Positions 46,598 through 56,839 of a stretch of 59,742 bases of DNA are shown here, in pieces. The DNA comes from Clostridia bacterium (lineage in GTDB: Bacteria > Bacillota > DSM-521 > Neomoorellales > JACIYF01). Positions within the stretch are counted from its first letter, which is position 1. Every line of letters starts with the position of its first letter. The notes under the pieces were generated by a model that was not told where the DNA came from, searched no databases, and saw nothing but the letters and a program-made list of their open reading frames with translations. The DNA is taken from assembly GCA_014360065.1 (NCBI GenBank), contig JACIYF010000004.1:1-59742 (forward strand), given 5' to 3'. The translations under genes and the position numbers were made by a program.

Positions 46598-47869
46598 ATG
46601 CATAACCGAGTAGTCCTTGACAACGGAATTAGAATCTTGTGCGAAGAGATCAAATCAGTACAGTCAGTTGCCATTGGCATATGGGTAGCTGCTGGCTCGC
46701 GATATGAGAAAGAAGAGGAGCAAGGAATATCTCATTTCCTTGAGCATATGTTCTTCAAAGGTACCCACAAACGTTCAGCTTTTGATATTGCCCAGAGTTT
46801 GGAATCAGTCGGAGGGCAACTCAATGCGTTTACGACTAAAGAATATACTTGTTACTACGCCCGGGTACTTAAGGAGCACTATCCACTAGCGGTGGACGTG
46901 CTCTTCGATATGCTCTTAAATTCCAAGTTCGATCCCGAAGACATTAGTAAGGAACAAAAAGTGATTCTTGAAGAGATCAACATGTACGAGGATTCTCCTG
47001 ACGAGACTGTTCACGATCTTTTCGCCCAAGCCATATGGGATGGTCACCCGCTGGGGCGGCCAGTTCTGGGTTCCAAGGATTCAGTATCGCATATAAGCAG
47101 GGAGGACCTGCTGGCTTACATCGAAAGGTGCTACCAACCCTCGAGATTGATAATTTCTGTAGCTGGCGACACCACACCCGAAGAAACGTTGTCGCTTCTA
47201 GTACCCAGAGTAGAAGCTCTGGCTCCTCGCCTTCACGACTCCCATTCTGAGAGGCCCCAATCTCAAGGCCAGGTCAAAATAGTAAAAAAACCGACCGAAC
47301 AAGTACAGATATGCTTAGGGGTTCCCGCCTTTTCTTTAAATGATGAGCGAATCTATGCCTTACAGGTCCTTAACAATGTTCTTGGCGGAGGAATTAGTTC
47401 TCGCCTATTCCAAGCTATCCGTGAAAACCGGGGTCTTGCCTACACGGTTTACTCTTATCATTCTGGGTATAGCGATTCTGGACTATTGGCCGTTTATGCT
47501 GGCACTAGCCCCCAAAGCGCTGTGGATGTGATTACTATGGCCCTAGACCAGATTAAAGACATCAAAGTCGACAGCATTAGCGATTCGGAACTCAAGCGAG
47601 CTAAGGACCAGATTCGGGGCAGTCTAATCCTTGGGCAGGAAAGTGTTACCAATCACATGAGCAGGCTGGGCCGAACCGAGTTGACTCATGGGCGGGTCAT
47701 AACTGTCGAGGAGGTTATAGACCGGATACACTCAGTAAGTCTCGAGGATGTGGCCCAAGTAGCCCAGGAAGTTTTTGTTCCCGATCTTCTTTCGTTGGCT
47801 TGTATAGGCCCCATTAAGGATGAAGATGCAGGGCAAATGCAAGCTTTAGTCAAGGACGCCCCAATCTAA
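46598..47869 (+). CDS. M16-family zinc peptidase (pitrilysin-like, YmxG/MlpA type)
   Basis: HxxEH inverted zinc motif in GISHFLEHMFFKGT; 423 aa. Confidence 0.88.
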   Translation: MHNRVVLDNGIRILCEEIKSVQSVAIGIWVAAGSRYEKEEEQGISHFLEHMFFKGTHKRSAFDIAQSLESVGGQLNAFTTKEYTCYYARVLKEHYPLAVDVLFDMLLNSKFDPEDISKEQKVILEEINMYEDSPDETVHDLFAQAIWDGHPLGRPVLGSKDSVSHISREDLLAYIERCYQPSRLIISVAGDTTPEETLSLLVPRVEALAPRLHDSHSERPQSQGQVKIVKKPTEQVQICLGVPAFSLNDERIYALQVLNNVLGGGISSRLFQAIRENRGLAYTVYSYHSGYSDSGLLAVYAGTSPQSAVDVITMALDQIKDIKVDSISDSELKRAKDQIRGSLILGQESVTNHMSRLGRTELTHGRVITVEEVIDRIHSVSLEDVAQVAQEVFVPDLLSLACIGPIKDEDAGQMQALVKDAPI

Positions 47870-47969
47870 ATCTTCTATGACTATGATAATTAGGATAAAA
47901 GGTGCCCTAGCAACCTTGACGAATACTTACATTGGTAACCGCAATTAAAACAGAATGGAGTGAACCGCC

Positions 47970-49241
47970 ATGAGCAATGTACTTTACGACCTACTTTCTA
48001 ACGTACCTATTCCTCCAGTTATCAAGATTAGGCAGCATTTTCCTGCTCAGCGTATAACCGATGTCCCTCAGGCGGTTAGAGAACAGCTGCAGCGCCCTGA
48101 GGTGCTATCAACGCTCAAACCGGGGCAACGAATCGCAGTTACCGTAGGCAGCCGAGGCATAGCCAAGTTGCCCGAGATTGTGGGGACGGTGGTGCAGTTT
48201 TTGAAGGATCAGGGTACCTCCCCCTTCATTATTCCCTGTATGGGCAGCCACGGTGGAGCCACCGCCCAAGGGCAAAGAGAGGTACTTGCCGGTCTGGGCA
48301 TAACCGAAGATACTATGGGCGTGCCTATTCGGGCTAGCATGGAAACGGTAGAAATTGGCGTGACTACTAAGGGAATACCGGTCTACGTTGATAAGTTCGC
48401 CCATGAAGCAGATGGGATAGTGGTAATAAACCGGGTTAAGCCGCATACAGCTTTCCGCGGCCGTTATGAGAGCGGTCTCATGAAGATGCTTACCATTGGT
48501 CTAGGAAAACAACACGGGGCAGAAATCTGTCATGCAGCGGGTTTTAAATATATGCACGAAAATATGCCGGCTGCGGCAATGGTTATACTGGCCAAGGAAC
48601 CAATTCTGTTTGGAGTGGCTACAGTAGAAAACGCTTACGATGAACCAATGTTGATTCGAGCCCTGACCAAAGAAGAGATTCCTGATCAAGAACCAGGGCT
48701 TTTAGAATTGGCCCGCGAAAATATGCCCCGCCTTCCTTTTGAACATATGGATGTCCTCATAGTCGACGAGATAGGAAAAAATATCAGCGGGGATGGTATG
48801 GATCCAAACGTAACCGGACGTTATGCTTCTCCCTACGCGTCAGGGGGGCCGGAAGTTGAAAAGATTGTGGTTTTGGATATAACCGATGAATCCCACGGGA
48901 ACGGCAATGGTCTGGGCATGGCCGACTTTACTACCCAGCGGGCGTATAGGAAGTTTGATTTTCTTATGACTTATCCCAATGCTATTACTTCCACTCTAGC
49001 TAATACTGTTCGGGTTCCTATGGTTCTGGACAGCGACAGGCTGGCTATTCAGGCCGCTATCAAGACCTGTAACCGCTTAAACCATAGCCAAGTGGAGATG
49101 GTGAGAATCAAGAACACGTTGAAAGTATCAGAGATGCTGATTTCACCACCGCTTGTGGAGCCGGTTAAACAGTTACCCGACGTAGAAATTGTCTCCGGAC
49201 CACAGCTGCTCGAGTTTGATGCCCAAAGCAATCTGTTGTAA
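47970..49241 (+). CDS. LarA-N/DUF2088-like domain protein
   Basis: 423 aa. The KPGQRIAVTVGSRGI....IIPCMGSHGG layout resembles the lactate-racemase N-terminal domain family. Assigned from memory of the family pattern only. Confidence 0.45.
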   Translation: MSNVLYDLLSNVPIPPVIKIRQHFPAQRITDVPQAVREQLQRPEVLSTLKPGQRIAVTVGSRGIAKLPEIVGTVVQFLKDQGTSPFIIPCMGSHGGATAQGQREVLAGLGITEDTMGVPIRASMETVEIGVTTKGIPVYVDKFAHEADGIVVINRVKPHTAFRGRYESGLMKMLTIGLGKQHGAEICHAAGFKYMHENMPAAAMVILAKEPILFGVATVENAYDEPMLIRALTKEEIPDQEPGLLELARENMPRLPFEHMDVLIVDEIGKNISGDGMDPNVTGRYASPYASGGPEVEKIVVLDITDESHGNGNGLGMADFTTQRAYRKFDFLMTYPNAITSTLANTVRVPMVLDSDRLAIQAAIKTCNRLNHSQVEMVRIKNTLKVSEMLISPPLVEPVKQLPDVEIVSGPQLLEFDAQSNLL

Positions 49242-49553
49242 GGGTTGCGGCTGCAAAACAGTTTACCTTTGCGCATGCACAGGTTTTGAGGCATTGCTTT
49301 TTCCTAAAGCATGCTTACGACCAAGCTGACGTACTCGTGGGGTTGGGAATATTGCGGCCATTGTAGAGGGTCATACCTTATGTCTGGGCCAATCTGCTTT
49401 TTAGCAGCTGCTTGTCCCAAGACGAAGGAAGAGAGGTGAGCAGACGGAAGGCCACGAGCCTCTCGGCCCAGCCGAAAGAGTCTTCATTATTCTAGCTACC
49501 AAGCGAACTTCTTCAGCGACATTCTGAAGGAGGAGAAGTGTCAAACCTGTTTA

Positions 49554-50345
49554 CTATTGGCTACTCTGAACAAGTTGCGGGCTTGTGCGCTTCAGGCGGT
49601 TAGAAATATCGGTTGCCGTCTGCAGAAGATCATCTACCATCGCGGGGAGATTCTCATTCCGAAGCCTGGCTTTAGGAATAGTCATACTTATTGCGGCTAC
49701 GCTTTCGCCTTGCGCATTCTGTATTGGGGCACCGATGCAGAACAGCCCCTCCTGAAATTCCTCGTCATCTATGGCATAGCCATTCTGCCTTACTTTCTCC
49801 AGTTCTGCCTTAATCTCCTTGATGGATGTTTTGGTCTTTCGCGTGCATGCCGGTAGCCTCTTCGAAATAATTCTCTCTGCCACCTCAGGCTGCATGTAGG
49901 CTAACAAGGCTTTTCCCAGTGAGGTGCAGTGGGGTGGAAATCTGGTTCCAACATCAAAATGGGGGCGCAAGATATGGCTGGAATCAATTTTGGTGATGTA
50001 AATAATGCTTTGACCCTGAAGATAAGCCAGGTTCACAGTTTCATTGTACTTCTTGACGAGCTTCTCCATATAGTACTTGGCTTCTTCTACCCAATGGAAG
50101 CTTTCCAGCATGGCCTTGCCGACACGGTACAGTCCAAAGCCGAGTCTATACTTATTGGTTCTTGGATTCTGTACCAAGTAGTCCTTTAATTCTAGGGTGT
50201 TCACTATCCTTTGCACTGTGCTTGGAGGAATACCAGTTCTTGCGCTCAGCTCATGAATTCCCAGTTCTGTGTTACTGGTGAGGAATTGCTCCAGGACCAA
50301 GAGCGTCTTTAGCGTGGATTTTATGTGCAGGCGGCCGTCGTCCAT
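49554..50345 (-). CDS. IclR-family transcriptional regulator
   Basis: N-terminal wHTH (LKTLLVLEQF......GIHELSARTGIPPSTVQRIVNTL) and C-terminal IclR effector domain (GYAIDDEEFQEGLFCIGAPI). ATG 50345 has AAGGGAG upstream. Confidence 0.88.
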   Translation of the reverse strand: MDDGRLHIKSTLKTLLVLEQFLTSNTELGIHELSARTGIPPSTVQRIVNTLELKDYLVQNPRTNKYRLGFGLYRVGKAMLESFHWVEEAKYYMEKLVKKYNETVNLAYLQGQSIIYITKIDSSHILRPHFDVGTRFPPHCTSLGKALLAYMQPEVAERIISKRLPACTRKTKTSIKEIKAELEKVRQNGYAIDDEEFQEGLFCIGAPIQNAQGESVAAISMTIPKARLRNENLPAMVDDLLQTATDISNRLKRTSPQLVQSSQ

Positions 50346-50732
50346 TGAGCACGCTCCCTTCTCAAGAGTTGCTCGTTCTACATCGCGGTATGCCCACCGG
50401 TGAGAATAGTATACCACTCCTGCGCGGAGATCCAGAGAAAGTTTCTGGGTTTTTAGCAGGAATTCCGCTGAGGGTGGCGAACATCAACACATAAATGGAA
50501 CATATGATACCGCATCGCGGAATACACTGAATGGGGACGTGATTTTAAAGAAGGGGCGAGAGTCTGGGTAAATATGTCTTCAATGAAAGGGGTTATTGAG
50601 CCGGCAAATAGCCAGGAAGAAGCAGGCGGAGAGCCTGGTTAGAAAGGGAGTCCTGTGTAGAAGTTAGCCAGGTGCATTGCCAAAGATATTGCCGCGCTGA
50701 CAAGACAAGACCACGGACGGAGGTGTATCTGA

Positions 50733-51311
50733 TTGATTGAGATCAGGATCCACGGCAGAGGCGGTCAAGGCTCGGTAGTGACAGCGGAAATGCTGGCCAT
50801 AGCTGCGTTCAAGGCTGGCAGATACAGCCAAGCTTTTCCATATCTGGGAGGTGGCGGAGAGCGAAGGGGAGCACCGGTCCAGGCCTTTTGCAGGATAGAC
50901 GATAAGCCCATTCAACTAAAGTGCCAGATTAAAACGCCCGATTACCTGATAGTCCAGGATGTCAGCCTGTTTGAGGTGGTGGACATATTTGAGGGTTTAA
51001 AGGCGGGGGGCACGGTTTTAATTAACAGCACCAAAAGTGCCGAGGAGCTGGGCATTGCCACCAAGCAATTCAAGATATATCATTTTCCAGCCACCCAGGT
51101 AGCCCTGGAAACCCTGAAGCGGCCGGTAATGAATACGGCTATGTTGGGCGCTTTTGCTGCCCTCACCGGTCTTGCCGATCCGGACTCTTTGCGCTATGCA
51201 ATCCGGCGGAAATTCCCTGACGAGATTGGCTCACGCAATGTTCTTGCGATGGAAAAAGCTTTCGAGCTTGCCCGGCAGAGTTTCGAGGGGGGTGTGGCTG
51301 GTGTCGCTTAA
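50733..51311 (+). CDS. 2-oxoacid:ferredoxin oxidoreductase, gamma subunit
   Basis: IEIRIHGRGGQGSVVTAEMLAIAAFKAG.Y.QAFP.....RRGAPV.AF.RI. Confidence 0.88.
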   Translation: MIEIRIHGRGGQGSVVTAEMLAIAAFKAGRYSQAFPYLGGGGERRGAPVQAFCRIDDKPIQLKCQIKTPDYLIVQDVSLFEVVDIFEGLKAGGTVLINSTKSAEELGIATKQFKIYHFPATQVALETLKRPVMNTAMLGAFAALTGLADPDSLRYAIRRKFPDEIGSRNVLAMEKAFELARQSFEGGVAGVA

Positions 51312-51561
51312 TATCGGGGGCATCACCGAGGCAGGGCTGTCGAAAGGAAACAGGACCGGGGACTGGCGCTACTTCCTGCCGGTTGTCGACAGTAATAAAT
51401 GCAATGGGTGCGGGACCTGTGAATTGTTTTGTCCGGACAGCAGCATTGAGATAAAGGAGAAAACGTGCGTAATTAACGTCCTTTACTGCAAGGGCTGCGG
51501 GATATGCGCTAGAGAATGCCCTCGATCCGCCATAACCATGCAGGCCGAAAGGGGTGCTTGA
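51292..51561 (+). CDS. 2-oxoacid:ferredoxin oxidoreductase, delta (2x[4Fe-4S] ferredoxin) subunit
   Basis: CNGCGTCELFCP and CKGCGICARECP cluster motifs. Start is GTG 51292 or 51301 (the ORF-track start lies inside the gamma gene). Confidence 0.82.
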   Translation: MWLVSLNIGGITEAGLSKGNRTGDWRYFLPVVDSNKCNGCGTCELFCPDSSIEIKEKTCVINVLYCKGCGICARECPRSAITMQAERGA

Positions 51562-52759
51562 GTTGAACGATAAGGTGGAGAGCCGAGAAATCATGCAAGG
51601 CTCTGTTGCCATTGCCGAGACTGTACGTGCTGCTAAACCAGGAGTAATTGCCGCCTATCCCATCACTCCGCAAACCCACATTGTGGAGCACCTGGCGCGT
51701 TTGGTGGCCGCCGGCAGGTTGAAGAGCCAGTACATCACCGTCGATTCCGAGTTCTCGGCGGCATCGGTGCTCTGGGGTGCGGCCGCTGCCGGGGTGAGAA
51801 GCTACACCGCTTCCGCTTCCCAGGGGCTGCTCTTGATGACCGAGGTGATTTTCAACATGGCCGGGACCAGGCTTCCGGCGGTGTTCACCGCGGTTAATCG
51901 CTCCATCTCTCCCCCCATTAACATTCAGGTTGACCACCAGGATGCGATGACCGTGCGCGACTCCGGGATAATCCAGCTGTACGTAGAAAGCATTCAGGAG
52001 GCGGTGGACACTCACATTCAGGCCTTCAAAATTGCCGAAGACCGCGAGGTCTTGCTTCCAGCCATGGTTTGCATGGATGGTTGGATCTTAAGCCACGCTT
52101 ACGAGCCGGTTACCCTCTGGAAAGAGGAAGCGGTGCAGGAATTCCTACCTCCCTTTGATCCGGTCTTCAAGGCCGATCCCCAAAATCCGGTGACCTTCGG
52201 AGCTCTGACCGACCCTGATAAAATCACGGAGTTCAAGTTCATGGTGCACGATGCCCTGATCAGGAGCAAGGAGAAGATCAGGAGGGTGGCCAGGGAATTC
52301 CAGGAGACGTTCGGCAATTACTACGGCGACCTCATCGAGGAAACCTACACTGAGGATGCCGATGTTATCCTGGTGGCCATGGGGTCCGTGGTCGGTACCA
52401 TCAAGGTGGCCCTGGAGAGGATGCGCCAGGAAGGAAAGAAAGTGGGCCTGGTCAAGGTGAGGTCCTTTAGGCCTTTCCCGGACCAGGAATTAAGATCGGC
52501 TCTCTCCAAGGCCAAGCTGGTTTTAGTGCTAGATCGGAGCTTCTCCTGCAGTTCCGGGGGTATCCTGGGCGGGGAGATAAAATCCTGTCTATATGGCCAG
52601 GCTGGTCCTTTGGTGATGGACTACGCCATCGGCATCGGCGGGCGGGAAATCTTTCCGGAAACCGTAATCGATTTGGTTAACCAGAGCGAACTCTTGGCTG
52701 AAAAGGGCCAGATCCCTTCGAGCACGGTTTTCTACGGCCTCAACCAGGCGCTGTTATAG
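51554..52759 (+). CDS. 2-oxoacid:ferredoxin oxidoreductase, alpha subunit
   Basis: 401 aa. GSVAIAE.......VIAAYPITPQT.IVE.LA; TASQGL.LM.E. Confidence 0.9.
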   Translation: MLELNDKVESREIMQGSVAIAETVRAAKPGVIAAYPITPQTHIVEHLARLVAAGRLKSQYITVDSEFSAASVLWGAAAAGVRSYTASASQGLLLMTEVIFNMAGTRLPAVFTAVNRSISPPINIQVDHQDAMTVRDSGIIQLYVESIQEAVDTHIQAFKIAEDREVLLPAMVCMDGWILSHAYEPVTLWKEEAVQEFLPPFDPVFKADPQNPVTFGALTDPDKITEFKFMVHDALIRSKEKIRRVAREFQETFGNYYGDLIEETYTEDADVILVAMGSVVGTIKVALERMRQEGKKVGLVKVRSFRPFPDQELRSALSKAKLVLVLDRSFSCSSGGILGGEIKSCLYGQAGPLVMDYAIGIGGREIFPETVIDLVNQSELLAEKGQIPSSTVFYGLNQALL

Positions 52760-52763
52760 GAGG

Positions 52764-53669
52764 TTGGTCGATATGGAAGCACAAGCCCAAGCAAATTACT
52801 TGGCTCCTGGCCACAACGCCTGCCCGGGCTGCGGGGTGGCTATCGGGACAAGGCTTATTCTTAGGGCGGCCGGAAGAGATACCATTGTAGTCAGCCCCAC
52901 CGGCTGTCTGGAAACGTTTACTTCCACCTACGGCCTTTCGGCCTGGGAGCTGCCCTGGGTCCATCCCCTTTTTGAAAATGCGCCCGCGGTGGCCAGCGGC
53001 ATTGAGGCGGCACTGAAATACAAGGGCAATGACCACACCCACGTGGTAGTCATCGGCGGCGATGGGGCCACCTTTGACATCGGCTTCGGCTCCCTTTCCG
53101 GGATGCTGGAAAGGGAACACGATATCCTCTACGTCTGTTACGACAACGAAGCCTACATGAATACCGGCATCCAAAGGAGTGCGGCCACGCCCTACGGAGC
53201 GGTCACCAATACCACCCCCCTGGGCGAGCTGTCGCGCGGCGAGGCCCACTGGAAAAAGGACATGGTGGAGATAGTTCGCTCCCATAATATCCCTTATGTG
53301 GCCAGCGCTACCATTGGCTATCCTCATGATCTGATGAAAAAGGTAAAAAAGGGGATGCTGGTTAAGGGACCGGCCTACATTCATGTGATTACTCCTTGTA
53401 ACCTGGGATGGGGGATTGACCCCGAGGAGACTGTGGCCTTAAGCCGCATGATTGTAAACACCGGCCTCTTCCCGCTGGTGGAGTACGAAAACGGCCGGCT
53501 CACCAGCGTGAGGAAGCTCAAGCAGGTGCTTCCGGTGGAAGAATACTTGAAGAAGCAGAAAAGGTTTGCCCACTTGTTTGAGGACGAGAATGCGGAAATG
53601 ATCAAGGCCATCCAGACCTTCGCCGAGGCCAATATCCAAAAGTATGGTCTGGCCGGTGAGGAGCTATAG
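52764..53669 (+). CDS. 2-oxoacid:ferredoxin oxidoreductase, beta (TPP-binding) subunit
   Basis: GH.ACPGCG; GGDG...DIGF..LSG..ER..DILYVCYDNEAYMNTG. Confidence 0.9.
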   Translation: MVDMEAQAQANYLAPGHNACPGCGVAIGTRLILRAAGRDTIVVSPTGCLETFTSTYGLSAWELPWVHPLFENAPAVASGIEAALKYKGNDHTHVVVIGGDGATFDIGFGSLSGMLEREHDILYVCYDNEAYMNTGIQRSAATPYGAVTNTTPLGELSRGEAHWKKDMVEIVRSHNIPYVASATIGYPHDLMKKVKKGMLVKGPAYIHVITPCNLGWGIDPEETVALSRMIVNTGLFPLVEYENGRLTSVRKLKQVLPVEEYLKKQKRFAHLFEDENAEMIKAIQTFAEANIQKYGLAGEEL

Positions 53670-54267
53670 GAGGATAATGGTGCCATGGCCCCACCGCCAG
53701 AACTACGGCGGCTGTAAAGGGGGCCTAGCCGACATCATCATCGGTGCCACCTATGCCCTGGCCGAGGCCAACGGGGTGGCCAAGGCCTCCCACATCCGGG
53801 ACAAGCTGGCGGAGATGATCCACCTTACCGAGACCATGTACCAGGGTTCCATCGCCTGCTCCGCCGAAGGCCATAAGCTCTCCTGCGGATCCTACTTCGT
53901 GGATCCGCTTCTGGCCAACGTCACCAAGCAGAACGTCACCCGTCACGTTTATGAGATTGCCCGCCTCTCCCACGACCTGGCCGGGGGCCTGATTGCCACC
54001 CTGCCCTCGGAGAAGGACTTTGAGCACCCCGAAATCGGCCCCTACCTGAAGAAGTACTTCCGGGGCAAGGCCGACTTTAGTACCGAGTACCGGGTCCGGA
54101 TTGCCCGGCTCTTAGAGAACATGACCGGGGGCACCGCCCTGGTGGAGAGCATGCACGGGGCCGGCTCCCCCCAGGCCCAGAAAATTATGATGCTTCGCCA
54201 GGGAAACCTGGAGCAGAAGAAGCGCTGGGCCTTGGAGCTGGCCGGACTCCGGGCTGACCAGGGTTAG
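53644..54267 (+). pseudogene. C-terminal roughly 40 percent of a 4-hydroxybutyryl-CoA dehydratase/4-hydroxyphenylacetate 3-monooxygenase (AbfD/HpaB) family gene
   Basis: ..AKASHIRDKLAEMIHLTETMYQGSIACSAEG......GSYFVDPLLANVTKQNVTRHVYEIARLSHDLAGGLIATLPSEKDF..PEIGPYLKKYF.G...STEYRVRIARLLENMTGG matches the C-terminal helical domain of this family. Those enzymes are about 480-490 aa, and no N-terminal part lies upstream. Confidence 0.65.
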
Positions 54268-54357
54268 ATGGCGGCAACGGGAGACCAGATAGCCGACAAA
54301 GGGCTGGGTGCGCATGTGAGTGCTTGTGAAACCTAATCGTTCTTAGAGACGGAGAAT

Positions 54358-54620
54358 CTAGGTAGTGGGGCGGTTGCCGTCGGCCATTGCCGCATCCCAG
54401 GTCTTTCGCTCTTCAAGCTCCTCCTGCCAGGCTTGGGGATTGTTTCTTACTTCCGCGAAAGCCCGGTTGGCCTCCTCCAGGAAGAGCTTGCACCGGTTTC
54501 CTCCAGTGCCTTGTCAACAATCTCCTGCATCGTTTCTCCGCGCCGTTCGGAGAGGTCTTTCGGGGTGCGCCATGCCGCTTTGCTCACCCCAACTATGGTC
54601 AACTTGTCACCTGACTGCAA
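54358..54620 (-). pseudogene. RHH-type antitoxin gene with frameshift (orphan)
   Basis: Minus strand reads ..DKLTIVGVSKAAWRTPKDLSERRGETMQEIVDKALEE, then shifts frame to ..KLFLEEANRAFAEVRNNPQAWQEELEERKTWDAAMADG. The span is 263 nt, not a multiple of 3. No cognate toxin lies downstream. Confidence 0.6.
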
Positions 54621-54833
54621 ATCTTACATTTTAAGCTTACGCAAGAACAAGCCTGTTTGCAGCCTTGGCTTCCTTTCTTTCCTGCAAGAGGCCTGCTTAA
54701 GAGGCTGGCGAAGAATGCGGTTGCGAGCCCGGACGGACTTCAGCCGTGGCGATGGGGCCGCTCCTGCCTCTTGTAGCACACGGCTACAGGGAATATATTA
54801 TCACCAGGTAAAACAAAACAAGGAGGTAAAACC

Positions 54834-55085
54834 ATGTTGCGGGTTACGATTTCAGAAAAGGGTCAAATCGTTATCCCGGTCGCCCTCCGGAAGCGCTACG
54901 GGCTGTCTCCTGGCGACAAATTGGCTGTGGAAGATAAGAACTGCGAGATTGTGCTCCGCCCCCTGCCGCGTCATCCGTTGCTTAACCTGAGGGGCAAATA
55001 CAAAGCAGCCGGAAACGACTCCTTAACTGCCGAATTGCTTTGCCAGCGGCAGGCAGAAAGAGCCCTGGAGAAGGAGAGGTCATGA
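54834..55085 (+). CDS. vapB: AbrB/SpoVT-fold antitoxin (VapB-like)
   Basis: MLRVTISEKGQIVIPVALRKRYGLSPGDKLAVE is a swapped-hairpin AbrB/MazE motif. The stop overlaps the toxin start (ATGA). Confidence 0.85.
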   Translation: MLRVTISEKGQIVIPVALRKRYGLSPGDKLAVEDKNCEIVLRPLPRHPLLNLRGKYKAAGNDSLTAELLCQRQAERALEKERS

Positions 55086-55504
55086 GTCAGCCAAGTTACG
55101 TCCTTGATACCTATGCGCTCTTGGCTCTGGTCGAAGATGAACCTGGCGCCGAAACTGTAGCCGGCATCCTGGCCGAGCCTCAAAATATAGGGAAAGTCCT
55201 GATAAGCATGATGAACCTGGGCGAAGCCTACTATATTCTCCTACGGCGGAGGGGCAGGGCCGCTGCCGATGAGCTTGTCGAAGAAGCGTTTGCCGACGAA
55301 GCTCTGACTGTAGTTGACCTCCCCTGGGAACGCGTGAGGAGGGCGGCGGAGATCAAGTCAGAAGGCGGCTTGTCCTATGCGGATTCGTTTGTCCTGGCGC
55401 TGGCGGCCGAGGTGCGGGGACCGATCGTGACCGGCGACCTGGAAATTAGAACTGTGGCTTCCCGGATGGGAATCGCTGTAATCTGGATTGGTCCTGGCGA
55501 TTGA
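55082..55504 (+). CDS. vapC: PIN-domain toxin (VapC-like)
   Basis: YVLDTYALLALVEDEPGAE.. (first acidic residue); later ..YADSFVLALA.. and IVTGDLE. About 140 aa. Confidence 0.85.
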   Translation: MSQPSYVLDTYALLALVEDEPGAETVAGILAEPQNIGKVLISMMNLGEAYYILLRRRGRAAADELVEEAFADEALTVVDLPWERVRRAAEIKSEGGLSYADSFVLALAAEVRGPIVTGDLEIRTVASRMGIAVIWIGPGD

Positions 55505-55677
55505 GGGTTTAGCGAATTCGCCTCCCCGGTCGTAGAGCCCAGGATCCGCGGTGGCGGGATGGTCCCATATGCCAGTGATTCAGGTCGCCGGAAACGGACG
55601 TTGACGGTGACAGCAAAGAAACGCCTAGAGTATCACCATCTGCACGAGCAGAGAATGGCGCCAGGGCAGGTGACTGC

Positions 55678-55706
55678 TTGACAGTTCGAAAACGTTGGAT
55701 TACTAT
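55678..55706 (+). promoter_or_regulatory. sigma70-type promoter candidate
   Basis: TTGACA - 17 nt - TACTAT upstream of the 55820 operon. Confidence 0.6.
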
Positions 55707-55718
55707 CAACAATATAAG

Positions 55719-55733
55719 CCTAGATGGTCTAGG
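55719..55733 (+). promoter_or_regulatory. inverted repeat CCTAGA-TGG-TCTAGG just downstream of the -10 (candidate operator)
   Basis: Perfect 6-bp arms 13 nt after the -10 hexamer. A PadR regulator is encoded in the operon. Confidence 0.45.
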
Positions 55734-55819
55734 TATTGGTATTATCACTGGCAGCTAGCGCTTGATGTGCGGGAAACTAAACGTCGTGAGAAGATAAAAA
55801 GCTGAGGAGGCTATTTAAA

Positions 55820-56374
55820 ATGGCCAGGAGAAAACTGGAAATCGAATTGCTTTATCTGGATCTAGACGTCTGTCAAAGGTGCCAGGGAACGGACAGGAAC
55901 ATGGAAGAAGCCATAGCTGAGGTTTCCCAGATCCTCGAGGCCACAGGTACAGAGATAGAAGTAAAGAAAACTCACGTTGAGACCGAGGAACAGGCCCGGC
56001 AACTGGGTTTTATCAGTTCCCCCACCATCCGCATTAACGGTCGAGATATCCAGCTTGATGTCAAGGAAACCCGGTGCGAATCATGCGGCGATCTTTGCGG
56101 GGAAGAGGTTGATTGCCGCATTTGGACTTACCAAGGAAAGGAATACACCGTCCCTCCTAAAGCCATGATTATCGAGGCTATACTCCGGGAGGTTTATGGA
56201 AGCCCACAAGAAATGCAAGAGCCAAAAGAGCCAGCGCATGATATACCGGAGAATCTCAAGCGATTCTTTGCCGCTAAGCAGAAGAAGCAAGCGCAGGCCG
56301 ACCGGGCAGTATACTCGGCCACCAGTTGTTGCCTGAGTAAAGACTTTTGCTCGCCCGGCGGATGTTGTGGTTAG
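55820..56374 (+). CDS. DUF2703-like Cys-rich protein
   Basis: MARRKLEIELLYLDLDVCQRCQGT...SSPTIRINGRDI..CESCGDLCG pattern, with a C-terminal CC/CC tail. Confidence 0.5.
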   Translation: MARRKLEIELLYLDLDVCQRCQGTDRNMEEAIAEVSQILEATGTEIEVKKTHVETEEQARQLGFISSPTIRINGRDIQLDVKETRCESCGDLCGEEVDCRIWTYQGKEYTVPPKAMIIEAILREVYGSPQEMQEPKEPAHDIPENLKRFFAAKQKKQAQADRAVYSATSCCLSKDFCSPGGCCG

Positions 56375-56410
56375 CTCTAAAAGCAAGCTGTTTGCCTAAG
56401 GGAGTAGTGA

Positions 56411-56779
56411 ATGCCAGATATGGACTTAACTAATCGCGAGTATTGGAACGGACTGATCAAGATGAGCCTCTCCAAGTTTTTTATCCTTCGAGTCCTTTAT
56501 GCCCAGCCCATGCACGGCTATGAGATAGCGCGTACGGTGGCTGAGGTGACCCGGGGTTGCTGCACTCCCACGGAAGGAACCATTTACCCGGTGCTGCGGG
56601 AATTCGAGGAAGGAGGCTATGTCACCGCTAGCTCAGAAGTAGTAAACGGCCGGGAACGCAAGATTTATGCCCTCACCCCTTTGGGCCGAAAGGCCTTTGA
56701 GGTGGCCATGGAGGCCTGGCAGGAGGTTACCACCTATATCCTAGAAGCGGTAGAGGCGCGCCAAGGGGCAGAAATCTAA
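56411..56779 (+). CDS. PadR-family transcriptional regulator
   Basis: ILRVLYAQPMHGYEIARTV.......TEGTIYPVLREFEEGGYV......VNGRERKIYALTPLGR. Confidence 0.88.
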   Translation: MPDMDLTNREYWNGLIKMSLSKFFILRVLYAQPMHGYEIARTVAEVTRGCCTPTEGTIYPVLREFEEGGYVTASSEVVNGRERKIYALTPLGRKAFEVAMEAWQEVTTYILEAVEARQGAEI

Positions 56780-56839
56780 ATTTTTTGCTCCTATACATTG
56801 CCCATCTATGTATTAAAGAAATGGAGAGGAGCTTGAACC

